A stretch of 64,000 bases of DNA from Trypanosoma brucei (lineage: Eukaryota): the NCBI GenBank assembly GCA_000002445.1, contig AE017150.2, forward strand, positions 1,120,001 to 1,184,000. Direction: 5' to 3'. The notes below the pieces were generated by a model. The model searched no databases. It saw nothing but the letters and a program-made list of their open reading frames with translations, and was not told where the DNA came from. The translations under genes were made by a program, and so were the position numbers. Below are positions 39,520-51,900 of this stretch, one piece after another (position 1 is the first letter of the stretch; every line of letters begins with the position of its first letter).

Positions 39520-40908
39520 ATGGCAATGCTTGGTTTCGAGTCGACAGCTGAATTTTTTGTCTATCTCACCTTCATCTTTTTTGGGATGTCGGTGATGAAT
39601 GTGACGAATGCCATTTACTCCAATTATAATTTTTTTTCAGAGTATTATAAGTTTGTTAAAAAGCAGGAAAAAGCCGAACCTGAGAATGAATCGTTCTGGA
39701 AGCACATGTTCACGTATTATAATGTTGTTGTGTTTACGATGCAAGTGGTTTTGGAGGCTTTTATGCTAACACCATTGGGCCGACGCATTCCTATTAGTTG
39801 GCGTCTCATCTTTGGACTCACTATTCCCATGGTAGAAATCATCGTTATTTTAGTGATCCCTGCTGTTGGAGGAAGTGAAAATGGTGCAATTGCAACTATG
39901 ATGATGGTTGCTTTTGTTGGTGGTATTTCCAAAACACTTTGTGACTCCAGCAATGCTGCACTTGCGGGACCTTTTCCGACTAAATTCTATGGTGCCATCG
40001 TGTGGGGACTTGCCATATCCGGACTGATGACCTCATTTTTGGCTATTGTTATACAAGCATCGATGGACAGCAGTTTTACAAGTAAAAATACCCAATCCCA
40101 AATATACTTTGGATTAGTCATGCTTCTTCAGGTGGTTGCATGCGTGCTTCTTGTCCTTCTGAGGAAAAACCCATATGCCATTAAATATGCTGCAGAATTT
40201 AGGTATGCTGCGAGGAAGGATGGAGTAACTGGTGATCGCGCAGATGGTGAATTTGATGCAAAGGGAACAGGGCCAGCAGACGAGAATAGATATCCTGATG
40301 AAAAAGAGAATAAGAATGTATTGAATGCTGATATTGATCCAGATGATATGAGGGATACAGATCAGGTTGAAGGCACTACCAACGCTCAGCAAATGCTTGA
40401 TGCGAGTGTTATGGTTGTGGTGAAACGCATTTGGCCTATGTTGGTCGCTTGCTTCTTTGTGTTCTTTGCGACACTTCTGGTGTTCCCTGGTGTATTTATA
40501 GCGGCGAAGACAGGCGATACTAGTGGTTGGTACTTTACTGTTGTCGTTGCCATGTTCAACTTGGGTGATTTCTTGTCTCGTCTGGTGCTGCAGTTCAAGC
40601 AATTGCATGTGTCTCCGCGCATGGTTATGATTGGTTCATTTGCACGTGCGTTGCTGATAATTCCACTTTCGCTATGTGCTGCAGGAACCGTTACCGGTGT
40701 ATGGCTTCCTTATATTGTTTCTCTCCTTTGGGGTCTTACGAATGGTTACTTTGGTGGCCTTTCAATGATCTATGGACCACGTACGGGATCCCTCACCACA
40801 GCGGGTCAACGCTCTCTTGCTGCTATTTGCATTAATGTGGCTCTTCTTATGGGACTTTTTGTTGGTGCTATGTTTGCATTGGCTGTTAAGGAGGGACTTC
40901 CTAAATAA
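39520..40908 (+). CDS. ENT-family nucleoside transporter, paralog 4 (462 aa)
   Basis: Same architecture. Loop 1 is like paralog 1 (NYNFFSEYYKF). TM9 is like paralog 2 (LSLCAAGT). Distinct loop RKDGVTGDRADGEFDAKG. Confidence 0.9.
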   Translation: MAMLGFESTAEFFVYLTFIFFGMSVMNVTNAIYSNYNFFSEYYKFVKKQEKAEPENESFWKHMFTYYNVVVFTMQVVLEAFMLTPLGRRIPISWRLIFGLTIPMVEIIVILVIPAVGGSENGAIATMMMVAFVGGISKTLCDSSNAALAGPFPTKFYGAIVWGLAISGLMTSFLAIVIQASMDSSFTSKNTQSQIYFGLVMLLQVVACVLLVLLRKNPYAIKYAAEFRYAARKDGVTGDRADGEFDAKGTGPADENRYPDEKENKNVLNADIDPDDMRDTDQVEGTTNAQQMLDASVMVVVKRIWPMLVACFFVFFATLLVFPGVFIAAKTGDTSGWYFTVVVAMFNLGDFLSRLVLQFKQLHVSPRMVMIGSFARALLIIPLSLCAAGTVTGVWLPYIVSLLWGLTNGYFGGLSMIYGPRTGSLTTAGQRSLAAICINVALLMGLFVGAMFALAVKEGLPK

Positions 40909-43900
40909 ATGCTCAAAAATTGTAAATAAACCATTTAATGTCGATCTTTTAATAAAATGAAAAATGAACCCCATGCTGGTATCAGCTAGGAGTGGTTTGA
41001 ATAATGCAACAAATAAGGGTTTGAAGAGAAGATATATAAGTTAAAAAATAAGGAGAAATGCCAGATAATGAATTAGATGACATGTAAAAGGAAGCAAGCG
41101 TATGCGTGTACAATTTAAGCTGTTTGGAGGGGGGACTGTAGTAAACGTGTATATACGTGTATGATTATCTTTTGTCTTTCGCACAGTGTTTCCAGACATA
41201 AATTCTCCGTCTTCTGGGGAATTCTGTGAAGGAAGAAAAATGACGGTTTGTTGGAGTTGTGTAGTTATTATTATTAAACTTTCATCATGTTTTCATTGAC
41301 TCCCTACAAATAACATAATTTGCTTCAACAATTTGTTTAGCTTTTGTAATTTTAAAAGAAGGAAATGATGATGCATTTCCATTCATTGATTTAAATTTAA
41401 TTTTTGTTCCATCTTGAACTAATTTCCTCTTTTTAAAAAACAAAAATCAGCAAAGAGATGAGAATAAAATATACAAAAGGTAGAAAGCTGAATGAACTAC
41501 AAAAAAAATATTAAATAAAACACATATACATATTTATAATATGTGTTCTTTCTGCACAAAAAAAATTGTATTAGTTACAATAATAAAAATAGTGAAGCCA
41601 GCAGGAAGTGATAATTACAATTTTCAACTCATCCCCTCTTGCCTATCTCACTATTCCCTTTCTTTTTCAGAGAAAATAACTAAAAAAGTAAGTAAACAAG
41701 AGAGAGGATAGTAATAAATAAAATGAAATCAACAATACAATATTTTAAGGGAAAATTTGATTTTACTTTTTCTTTACTTTTCACTGTTTCTGTTTCTTGA
41801 TTACTTTTACTTCCTTTCATTTCTTTCTTTTTATTCCCATGACCGTGCTATGGTGTTACGGATATGTGTGTAAGTGAGGAGTGTTGTGTGGATTTGCTTC
41901 TATTATTGTTTACTTGCCTTTGGTTGTATACCACACACCTGCTTATGTTTTCCCATATGTGTACGCCTGTAGATAACAGTGTGGGAGTTTACTCCGTGAC
42001 GTTTTCTCATAAATGTCTAGAGGCAAATGATTAAAGTAATTTTTTTGTTTAATGTATATCTGTATATGTTTGTCTGTTTATGTGTATGTGTGTTTGTGTG
42101 TACGTATTTGACATGTTCAGCAATATGTTTAGATTATCCAATTATATCTTTTCTTTTCTATTTTCTTATATTGTTTACTTGTCACTGTTTTACTTTCAGG
42201 AAGGTATATAAATTAAGCTGAAGCAACGTTATGTTCATTTGTGTATTAGACACATGAGTTTATTTCCAAGCAGATGATATATGCGTGAACGCGTGTGTTT
42301 AACTTTATAATGTCTTATACTAAAGATGTATCCAAATATTGCCATGCTAATACCTTGTGAGGCTTATTGTACTTTTGTGTTGTGAAATAGTCAAGTAGTT
42401 GCTGTGTAACTTTTGTGTTATTTTTTAGATAATGTGTGTTTTCTTAGTCTAATATCTTTAATAAATGATTTGACAGCTGCTTGCATGTGAGGGTTTCATT
42501 CCTCTTCTTTGCTTAAAAATGTGCAGAGACTGGAATCCTTTATATAAATGAAGTGAAATGCATAACTTATAAATTGCATTTCCACTTTCACATATTGTAA
42601 TATTATTGAGTATCAAAAGGGAAATGATGAATCATGTAATAGGAAGTCATTCACAACATGGTAATAGAGCAATTCATCTTCGAAGCTATCACGGAACAAG
42701 CTTTTTATTGTAATGCTTATTTGTGGAATAGCTCATGCTTTATGAATGCTTGAGGATGGAGCGTTGTAACATTTTTAAAAGTAATATAAGTAAACTAGCA
42801 ACCAAATTATCGTTTTTGTTTCTTCCTTCATAATCACTATAAGCTAAGCTATTAGTCTATTAGCAATAATTAATATGACTACTAGTAGGGCAAAAGATGA
42901 GAAATAAGAAATTAATTTATAGGAATGATTTGATAGTTTGAAGGGTGTGTAATTATCATGTCTCTTATACTAATGACGGATTATGCTAGAGAGAATGTGA
43001 TTTGTGAGGTATTTGTGATTCTCTGAAGTGATACAGCGGTGCATGGGAACTCGTCGTAAGGATAAAAAAAATAAATAATGTGCGGTATGTAATTTTTAAA
43101 CCTCACATTGATGAGGTTGTGAGGCATAAAATAACTCTTGCCATTTTCCCAACGTGGCCAACAGTCCAAGAACTAGTGTAGTACTGCAGTAATGATACAG
43201 TGATGTTAAATTGAAAGCGAAAAATAAATATGAATGGCGTAAAAAGGGGGAAGGAAGTAGTGATGGTGGCGTAATCGATTGTTACTGTGTTTCATGACAA
43301 ATTCTCTACATTCAATGATTCTAGAGGAAACAAGTACGTACCATAGCAGTGGTTACTGTGTTTCCATAAGGAGTAAGTTATATTTACTGGAAAATGTGGT
43401 ATTAAGAAATGTTATATGTGAGTAGCAATATACCTCAACACAGAGATGTACGCTCATGTAATCACTACACACAAAAAAGTTCTGAAAGTTTTGAACGCGT
43501 TGAGCGGATTGATACGTCTCTCCAACCTTGAGTTGAAATGCGCAACCCTTGAGTGTTGAGTTGGGATACATATTTTTAGATGTCACTAGAGCTTGATGTG
43601 TGGAATGAAACTCTAGAGCTCATGCATATGGCTAATGCTTACCGTGGGCAAAACTTGTCGATGTTGGTACGATGATATGCGATTTGTTGGCAGTGATAGC
43701 TTTCAGCGGATTGTATGGTAGGTGGTGTTTTTTTTTCTGCCACAGGCGGCAATGGCAGTGTTGACTAATTTTTGAATTACTCAGAAGGGAAATTTCTCTG
43801 TTTAAGTGATGATCATGTTGAATCGTTGATAAAATCAACGGAATTATCCATAAGTTAGTTTTAATTGGAGGAAAATGAAATAGGAGAACTGCCCACGTTG

Positions 43901-46062
43901 ATGTGTTGCGGACAAAGAAAAGTGAGTGGTATGCATATTTTAGAACCCAGTATTTTTCTTTCTCATCTGATGTGCTTCCCTAATGTTTGGATCTGAGGAA
44001 TACCTAATGATGATTAATGCGGTTAGAGTTAGGGCATTCTTTTGTGATGCTGAATATTGTATCTATTGATAACAACAATCGATACGCCATACTCAAACAT
44101 AAATGAATTCTCACACATAAACGCTGCTTCTGGTATCGCCAACCGTTATGTTCAATAGCTCGTTACGTGGAGCATGAGTGGATGTGACAGTGAATGTTCC
44201 TTCATCAAAGACAGCTGCGTGATGCTTAACTCAGAATATGTCAATGGTATCGTATTATAGCCAAGTTTAAGTTTAATAATAATAGTGATGTGTGTGGGAA
44301 AAGTGAGATTGTACCATTGCAGTGGGTGAACCGTTTCGTTTGGGACGTATTGCATTCTGCTGTGTGATTAAGCGCCGAGTTTTTCTGCAAATATACGTAT
44401 GATATTTAGTTGCTGTCGACCCGCCGAATCGGTGTGTGGTTAGTGTAAAGCATTATGCGAACATAGGTTAGTAATGCACAGTGTTTAGAAGGCGAATGTG
44501 CCATTCAAGTAACCTTGATTTATACGTAACGTTTCTTACCTTTTTGTGGTGTTTCACTGTGATCATTCCGAGCGATGTAGTTTATGCTGTTAATGTCACT
44601 CAAAGCAATCTGATATTTTTTATGATTGTCACTGCAGCATCTCTTTCTATAAGTTTCTTTACTTTTTTTTAAAAAAGGCATCATTATAAAGCTTGAAAAA
44701 GATGTCATAGCTCTTTAACCCTTTACACCCTCTCAAAATATGCCATGAAAAATGTAAAACTTGCCAGTTGTTTTCACGGTTGCGGCTCTGTAAGAAAGTG
44801 AATATTTCACACTTTGGAGAGCTAATTTTGCTACGAAGTGGTTAAGGCCACCTATTCGCAGTGGCAGCCCTTGAGGTGAAAACCACATATACTAACGTAT
44901 CGACAGCAGTAATGAGGACATGTGTCAGCATGGGACGTATGTTTCACTACAGTGTCACAGAGGTTTTAAAGCACAGTGGGCACGGGAGGTGAATTAGTTG
45001 TAGATCTCTTTGTGCCTTAACCTTTCGTGCTATTCTTTTTTTTCTCTCTGGAACTGATACAGTCTGGGGAGGCAGTGTGCTCAAGCTTTGCTAAGTTTTT
45101 GGAAGCAGGACTCACGACCCATCCCCCACTGTGTAATGTATGATGACCAGATTTGTTCTGAGGGAGCGTCAAACCAATCGTGTACGATGGGCGTGTAGAA
45201 CAGGAAGTAAAGGAAGGTGTGTTATTATATGCAAATGCAGATGAAATACTGCTCACAACACCTAAAGAAAGCAAAGTCACTCCTGACGGTTTTGATCATT
45301 TTATCAGTGTATCACAATCTAATCACCTTTGCTGCTGTAGAAGGCTCATTGCATAGTTGTGTGTATTTTGCTTTCAGAGCTTGAGACAACCAGTCACTTA
45401 CCGACCACTGTGGAGAGTGATCACGATGATGTCGTCGGCTTTCCTGTATGGAAGGAAGTATCATTTTGCTCTTCTGCTCGCGTAATTGTGTTCCTTTGTG
45501 TATCCGTGGAGTAGCGTTGTTATTGAAAAGAGGGATGATGAGTAGAATGGCGACTCAACACTTTTTCTTGTACTGAAGAAATACCAAGAGTTTTTTTCAG
45601 CAGGACAGACCTGCGGTGGCCATGTGGTTTAGATACCTCAGGGACAACTTCCATATTGCACAAGGAGAACTTCTGCGTCTTGAGGTGGCATGGCGCATGC
45701 TAGTGTTGGGATATCTGTACATTGGAATAGCAAGGTCTTCCAGGGAAGGAAGAGGGATACATAAGCCAGTGAAGGGCTGCACAGGTGCTGTGTCAGGTGT
45801 GAAGGTGATAGATGGCTCTAAGGAAGTGTCAGATGTGATTATACTCGGCAAGAGGTTGCTGCTCAAGGTTTTGATTATATACTTCCCGAGACGATCAAAT
45901 GTCGCGTAACTTACGTTGGAAGAAAGTTTAGGGGGAGCAATGGGATGAGGGAAGTCCCCACTGGATTGTTTGGTCGGATATACAACATGATAAGTGGAAG
46001 GTTTGTTGAAGAAGAACGCAGGTACACCACATCCAATAGGTGAGAAGGCAGTAATGGCCGTC
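40909..46062 (+). repeat. Array unit E, 3'-truncated (spacer only; array ends before the oxygenase gene)
   Basis: 42981..46062 matches unit C/D spacer at an offset of about +21,406 relative to unit C. Homology is lost after 46062. Confidence 0.9.
44468..44925. other. Same ~460 bp spacer insert, unit E copy
   Basis: Offset +21,406 from the unit C copy. Confidence 0.8.
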
Positions 46063-46417
46063 TGAATGGTGTAGGTGTTGATTCCACAAATGATTACCTC
46101 TCTGATAAATTTGAGATATAGGAAAGTATAAGGTGAATTATATCTAGCTGCGTTGAGGAATGCCAATATGAGTATTGTTTTGTAGTTACTTCAATTTTTC
46201 AAGTGATCGCGAAAAAAAATTTTGTTCTTGCTGTTGATGTTATTTTTGGGGCAACTACCATCTACTGGAGAACCCTTATATTTAATGTTTTACCTACAAA
46301 TAACAAACTAAGATGTAACAATCATCAACAAGGAAGTTGAGGTCACAAAGACACAGCACTATGGAGAAGGGCGAAGATGGGGATGCAAGGTTAATGGGCT
46401 ACGTGAGGAGTTTTTAG

Positions 46418-47905
46418 AGCACCCGTGGCAGCAGCTGTGCGTGTGTTGTGATGTTGTCGACGTGCCGCAAGTCGAAGGCAGTAACGGAGCCATTTTCTAA
46501 CAAAGTCATAAACCTCTGTACAGAGGCCAAGTACACAGCCCATCTGGCAAATCACATCGTAGTGGAGGCAGAAAAGCGGGAGCGCGAAATATCCACCATA
46601 CAAATTTATGCAGAGGCATGGGATCTTGTTGCCGCAGCTAAAAACCAAACAGAGAAAGGGGCCACGACATACGCCCTTGCCACATACATTTCCAACGTAG
46701 CGGCGACAGCAAGGTGGGTCCGCAATTGGAAACACAAAGCAGCAGGGGCAACTGCGAAGTTGCTGTACAGGAGATCAGCGCTAACGTAGACGTTACAAGC
46801 GATGCGAGTAAAGGGACAGTCAGGAGCGGGACAAGTAACTAAACAACAAGGCGTCATCTCATCATGTTCACACAAGGAAACGCCGACTTTAAGCGACGAA
46901 GGGGATTGCGGGCGACAAGGCAGTGATGCTAACCATCCAGAATCAATTGCCGTAAATTTAAGGACAGCTACACACATCAAACTGGTACATGGCAGAAAAC
47001 TAAGACCTCTGGCGTTAGAGCACTCAGTTGACGTACAAGGAATGGCGGTGGTGAAAACGGAAGTGCAAGCCGATGGCTGCAAGGCCGTATCAGTCAGTGG
47101 ATATTATGCCAAATTCGTAGCATCAACGAAAGAAAATGACAGTAGCAGCACCGTAGCACCGATAAATATATTTGATGGCAACAATTCGAGTACAAGTTGC
47201 GTCGAACTAAAAGACGCCACGAAGAAATCAGAGAAGGATAACGACCTGCTGATAAACAAAATATGCAACTACATGAAAAAACCTGATCCTCAGATCATAA
47301 ACATATCCACTATAACGCCTGCCATGTTAGCAAACACAACTGCAGTCCGAGTGGCGTTCAGAAGCTTCATTCATGCAGCAACCGGTAAAGCACCTAGCGA
47401 CGGCGAAATCGAGTTTCAACTAAGAAACCTTTACGGATGGGACAAGCAACACTTCACAAGAGACTTCATAACAATTCTGAAGACAAAGAACGTGACGTAC
47501 CACACTGACTCAGGATTCGTAACTGAGACATTTCTTGATGCAGCTAAAAACGAAAACGCACACAAGGTGCTCATCTATCTAAAAAGTCAAAGAGCGACAA
47601 CACAGGCAAAGCAACCAAAGACAGACGAGAGCGAAATCAAAGGCCCGGTCTGCGGAGGTGAGGGCCAAGAGGAGTGCAAGTCAGGTGCAAGGAAAGACCC
47701 GGAGAAACCGAACGAAACTTAAATGCGGAAATGGCCTAAAGCACTTCAGTGGATGATGGCACAACAAGGAGAAAATTCCAAAGGAATACAGCAGGAAGGT
47801 TGTAAAGACGACTGCGCATCGGAAGAGGAAACTTGTGACGGCGCAGCTGGCATTTCTGCTTTGATGAGTATTTCTCTGTTCATGGCATTTTTTCTTCTAG
47901 CATAA
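46418..47905 (+). pseudogene. VSG-like (VSG/ESAG-type) GPI-anchored surface glycoprotein pseudogene with two in-frame stop codons
   Basis: A single frame (frame 2) runs 46418-47905, interrupted by TAG at 46787-46789 and TAA at 47720-47722. VSG-like helical N-terminal region (KYTAHLANHIVVEAEKREREISTIQIYAEAWDLVAAAKNQ). Several NxS/T sequons. Cys-rich C-terminal part and hydrophobic GPI-signal-like tail (GISALMSISLFMAFFLLA*). No obvious N-terminal signal peptide, so it may be 5'-truncated. Confidence 0.55.
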
Positions 47906-48952
47906 AAATTTATTGGAATATCTTAATGTAGTAGAATTTGCATTTTTATGGAAATATATTATTATACGAAACCGTATCTTTGTTGAAATAACTTGTATAT
48001 ATTTTACATCCATTTTGAAAATATTTTATACAATTCTTAAATGTGCGTTTGTATTTCAAAGCTTTTTGCAAACATGAGGAGACTTAAAGAGATCTTTTTT
48101 GTTGTGTAAATTTGATCTTTGAATGTAAAGTGGTATATTGGTGGAGTGTTGAAAATGGGTGCGAGAAAGATTTTTTCAATTATGGTTTATTCAATTAATT
48201 TGATGTTTACCTTTGAAAATGTTTAAATGTTTTCAAATATTTTTGACTTGTGGGTATAACGTGGTAGAGCGATAGGGGTGTGAAAAATGAGTGTGATTAT
48301 GAAAACTTGCTATTTTGGTTTATTTTTTTTGTAATAGATATTAAGAGTAGTTTAAGGTTATGATGCTAATAGCAGTGTAGTAATAGTGAGCGTGTCATGT
48401 AAGTGTACATACTAACATTATGGTAAAAGTGGTGGTGCAGAACGACCGGAAGCAAAACAGAGACACTTAACACGACGCCAAGGATGCAATGGAGGTGAGA
48501 AAGTGACTGGGAGAGGGATAAAACGAGGAATGTTATTCAAATGATGACTTAGACAGGAGGGGAAAAATGGAGTTGGAGTATGCGCAGTTTTTTCATTGTA
48601 CATTTATCCTGCACGTGCTCCACTAGCTGCTCTGCTACTTTCTATACTCTGCATATCTTTGGAAGATGTTTAAATAGCCATGAATCAGTCCCCGCTTCCT
48701 CCATTGAAACTGTTCCTTTTTTGTCTCTACTAGGGAAAATTTTTCGAAATGGCGTTTTCTCCCCTCCATATTATGGAATGTCTGTAATACCAACGGCTGG
48801 GAAGATGGGGATGGGATATTCAGCTTTTCTGGCGATCTTCTCCCTTTTATTTCTTGATTGTATTTCCTTTTGTAAGAGGATAGAGTGGGTTCATTGTGGC
48901 CACTTATTTTAAAGATACCCATTAGGAATTGGGCCAGCTGCCACTGTTATAT

Positions 48953-51900
48953 ATTTTTTTTATTCAGGCTCTCTATACCTTTTTTTTCCTTAGTGGAAGT
49001 AATATCGGGCACACCAGTGGATGGGTTGGTGACTCCTCACATTTGACCTTCAGCAAGTTTTACACTGCTTCCTTCTTCGGCTTACCGTGTCTCTCTTGAA
49101 GATGCCTTGTCCGGTACTGCTTCTGTGTGCACCTCATTGGGCAGTACGGGCGTTGGGTCGTTTCCTGCATTGTAGGAGTTATTATTACCAATTCATCTTT
49201 CTTCTTCCTTTTAACAGTTGTGGCACCTTATGGTAGGTTCGTGTGTGCCACACCAGTGAGTGTTGTGTCTTGTATGCACTATCACACCTTGCACACACAA
49301 AATTTATTCCTTCTTCTAGTACTGTGTGCCTCCATATTTTTGGCCTTTTCTCGGTCTTTTCCAATCAATTGTTTCCCCTGCCTCTTGAAATGCCTTTTTT
49401 CTCACTAAATGATCTTACAAGGATCCTTTCCTGGCTCTTGAATGTTTTATTTGCTACCTTGAACTCAAAGACTCATTGTGTCTTGTTTTTTTCACGCATA
49501 TGACAAAGAAGTCAACTCTAATGGTACTTCTTTCCACACATGGAGCATTTTTCTTTAAGTGGCCTTTCTTTCTCTTTGAAGTCTCCTGTAGTATTGTCTG
49601 ACTTTGGAATGCATTTGTGTCTGGTCAGTTAAGTTTTACTCTTTAGAATTATTTTACGCCTTTGATACTCAAGTTTGTCCTTTTTACAATCCGTTTCCTC
49701 TATGCTATGCTCTGCCGGTTGATTCTCATTTTTCGTCTTCTGTTTGCTGCTATTCAGGATGTTTTGTTAGCATATGCCTTTTTAATCATTCATAAAACAC
49801 ATATTTCATATGGAACCATCGACACCCTAGCTTTTCTTTTTCCTCATCTGCCTCTTCTTTTATGCTCCTTTTCTGTTGATTCCCAACCTGCGATATCATT
49901 TACTTGTATGTGTGACCATGTGCTCCACTAGTAAACCACTTCTCCCAAAATTCATTTCACAAACATGGCAGTCTTAGTTACCTTTATATGCCTTAACTGC
50001 CAATTTTGCAATCTTTGTCATTTCCAGTGCTCTTTCGTTTTCTGAACCGTGTTTATCAGGCAAACTGCTCTAGTTTGACGACGTGCGCGCACCACGTTGC
50101 ACAACGGGGATATTATGGGCTCATTTTGTCTTACCGTTACCTGTGATGACTGTGTTTCCGTATTATCGTTCTGTGTACTTCTCGCTTTCCCATTCACAGC
50201 TGGCTCCAGTTCCACATAGTCACCACGACGCTATCTACACTCAGACTGCTCCATTGTTTTTGTCAGTACACAACGTAGCCATCCGAATTGTTTAGAGACC
50301 CTTTTCAAATTGCGCTAGTAATGATTTTTCCATCCTGTCCATTTTGGATATTTTCTGCGTAGGTCTAATATGGTTGAGTAGAGCACTGCGATTTGTTTGT
50401 GATGTTTGGACCTCTTCGAATTCATTGTCCCCTTCTCGATGGATTTGCCTTTCTATACATGTGACTATGTCCGTGATCCATGCTGGATATGCCCTTAGCA
50501 TTTTATCGTCTTTCTCTGCTTCTTTGTCAACTGTTTCATTTATTGGGACCCTGCAGTGAGAATACAAACTGGAAGTTGACCGCTACTCTTAGCTTCACAA
50601 TATGCAGAATTAGTTTCCACATTCGTTTCAGTATTGCCTTTGTTACTGCCGCAAGTCCGGGTTTAAGCGTCATTAAGAGCGACAATAAGTCTGTGAATAT
50701 AGATACTTTTGTTTTTGTGATTTTCATTTACCTCGATTATCTTTACGAGCCGTTTGAGACCTGCCTCTATTGCTACACTTTCCATCCTATAGTTGCAGGC
50801 CAACGATCCAGCACCCATATGTACTCTCTTAATTTTTCCATGTAGGTGTGACATTATCGTTCCTGCACCTAAGCAGACATCTAATACCGCCGACCCATCT
50901 GCCCGCATACAACAGTCATAGTTTTTAAAACACTGTACCAGTTTCACTGTTTTTACTTTCTTAACTTTGTCTTTTGCGTTAGCTTTTAGACTCCTGATGG
51001 TTTGATGTTAAAATATACTGTCTTCGCAATTTGCAATAGGGTCTCATCTTGTGGTTTTCCTGGTTTATCTGTTTCGCCGCATATATGACTTACCCTGACC
51101 ATTTTTATGTGAACTGGATGTTCTTGTTGGAACATATTATCTTCCGCGTCAGCATACTTTGCGCTCCCGACTTTCAATCTCAGGTAGTACCCCGTTACTC
51201 TACGGTACGCCACTTCGTTGCTCAGTGGCTTTAAACAAGCCTCTAAAAGAGAATATGTTCGGTTTTCTGATTTCGGTATGCTTGCCACAATGTTAGCAGC
51301 ATTAGCATTCTGTTTTTACAGCTTTTCTCTATCCGATGGCGATGCATTAAACCGCGATGACAATATACTATAGCTAAACTTCGCCTGAACAAGAGCCAAA
51401 CAGAATGCTCTTATTATTTCTCTACAGGGGCGATGTCAACTGCCCTAAGCTTCATTAGTCACATGTTTTCTGCTGTTTGTAGGAAGTGTGGATGTTTGCT
51501 TACTTCGTCCTTTATGTGGCTGTATTGTCAATCCCAGTAACTTTAGCGTTCTATTTTCCTTTAAAGCTTCCCCCTACTTTTAGTCTTATCCGGTTTGTGT
51601 CCCTTGATACAAATAGCGTATACTCCCCTTTATCACTGACATCTCCATGAAGTGCAACGCTGGCAACTTCTCTGTACAATTAAGTCCTATCTGTACTGTT
51701 TTCCTGATCTCTCGAATATTTTGGATGAGCACATTATTGTGAGGTAATCAGCAAACAATCCATACGCCAATCCTGGAATCATTTTAATTATTGAACTTAG
51801 CGAGCATGGGCTACTGCTACATTAAACAGTAGTAGGCCTAGCACTAACTGTTGGGGACGCCGCATTTCAGCTGTATTTTTTCTGACTTCGTGTTGTCGAT

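Larger units (their letters stand above)
30375..40908 (+). repeat. Array unit D (10,534 bp; contains the ~460 bp spacer insert)
   Basis: Spacer ORFs 32111..32299, 34153..34416 and others are identical to unit C counterparts. Confidence 0.9.
1..46062 (+). repeat. Head-to-tail tandem array of ~10.1-10.5 kb units (4 complete, partial at both ends); each unit = ~5 kb spacer + 2OG-Fe(II) oxygenase gene + ~2.4 kb spacer + ENT nucleoside transporter gene
   Basis: The same ORF set recurs with period ~10,100 bp (units A,B) or ~10,530 bp (units C,D,E). Oxygenase ATGs are at 5003/15099/25623/36168 and transporter ATGs at 8353/18452/28974/39520. Window positions 1-270 align with 41567-41837. Homology ends abruptly at 46062 (ggcagtaatggccg|tctgaatgg). 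Confidence 0.95.

Noticed and set aside
48418..49931. Clustered short + strand ORFs (48580..48912, 49127..49408, 49243..49503, 49662..49931)
   Set aside because: They are pyrimidine-rich, low-complexity translations opposite the degenerate 3' part of the ingi-like element. There is no domain signal, and they are most likely spurious.
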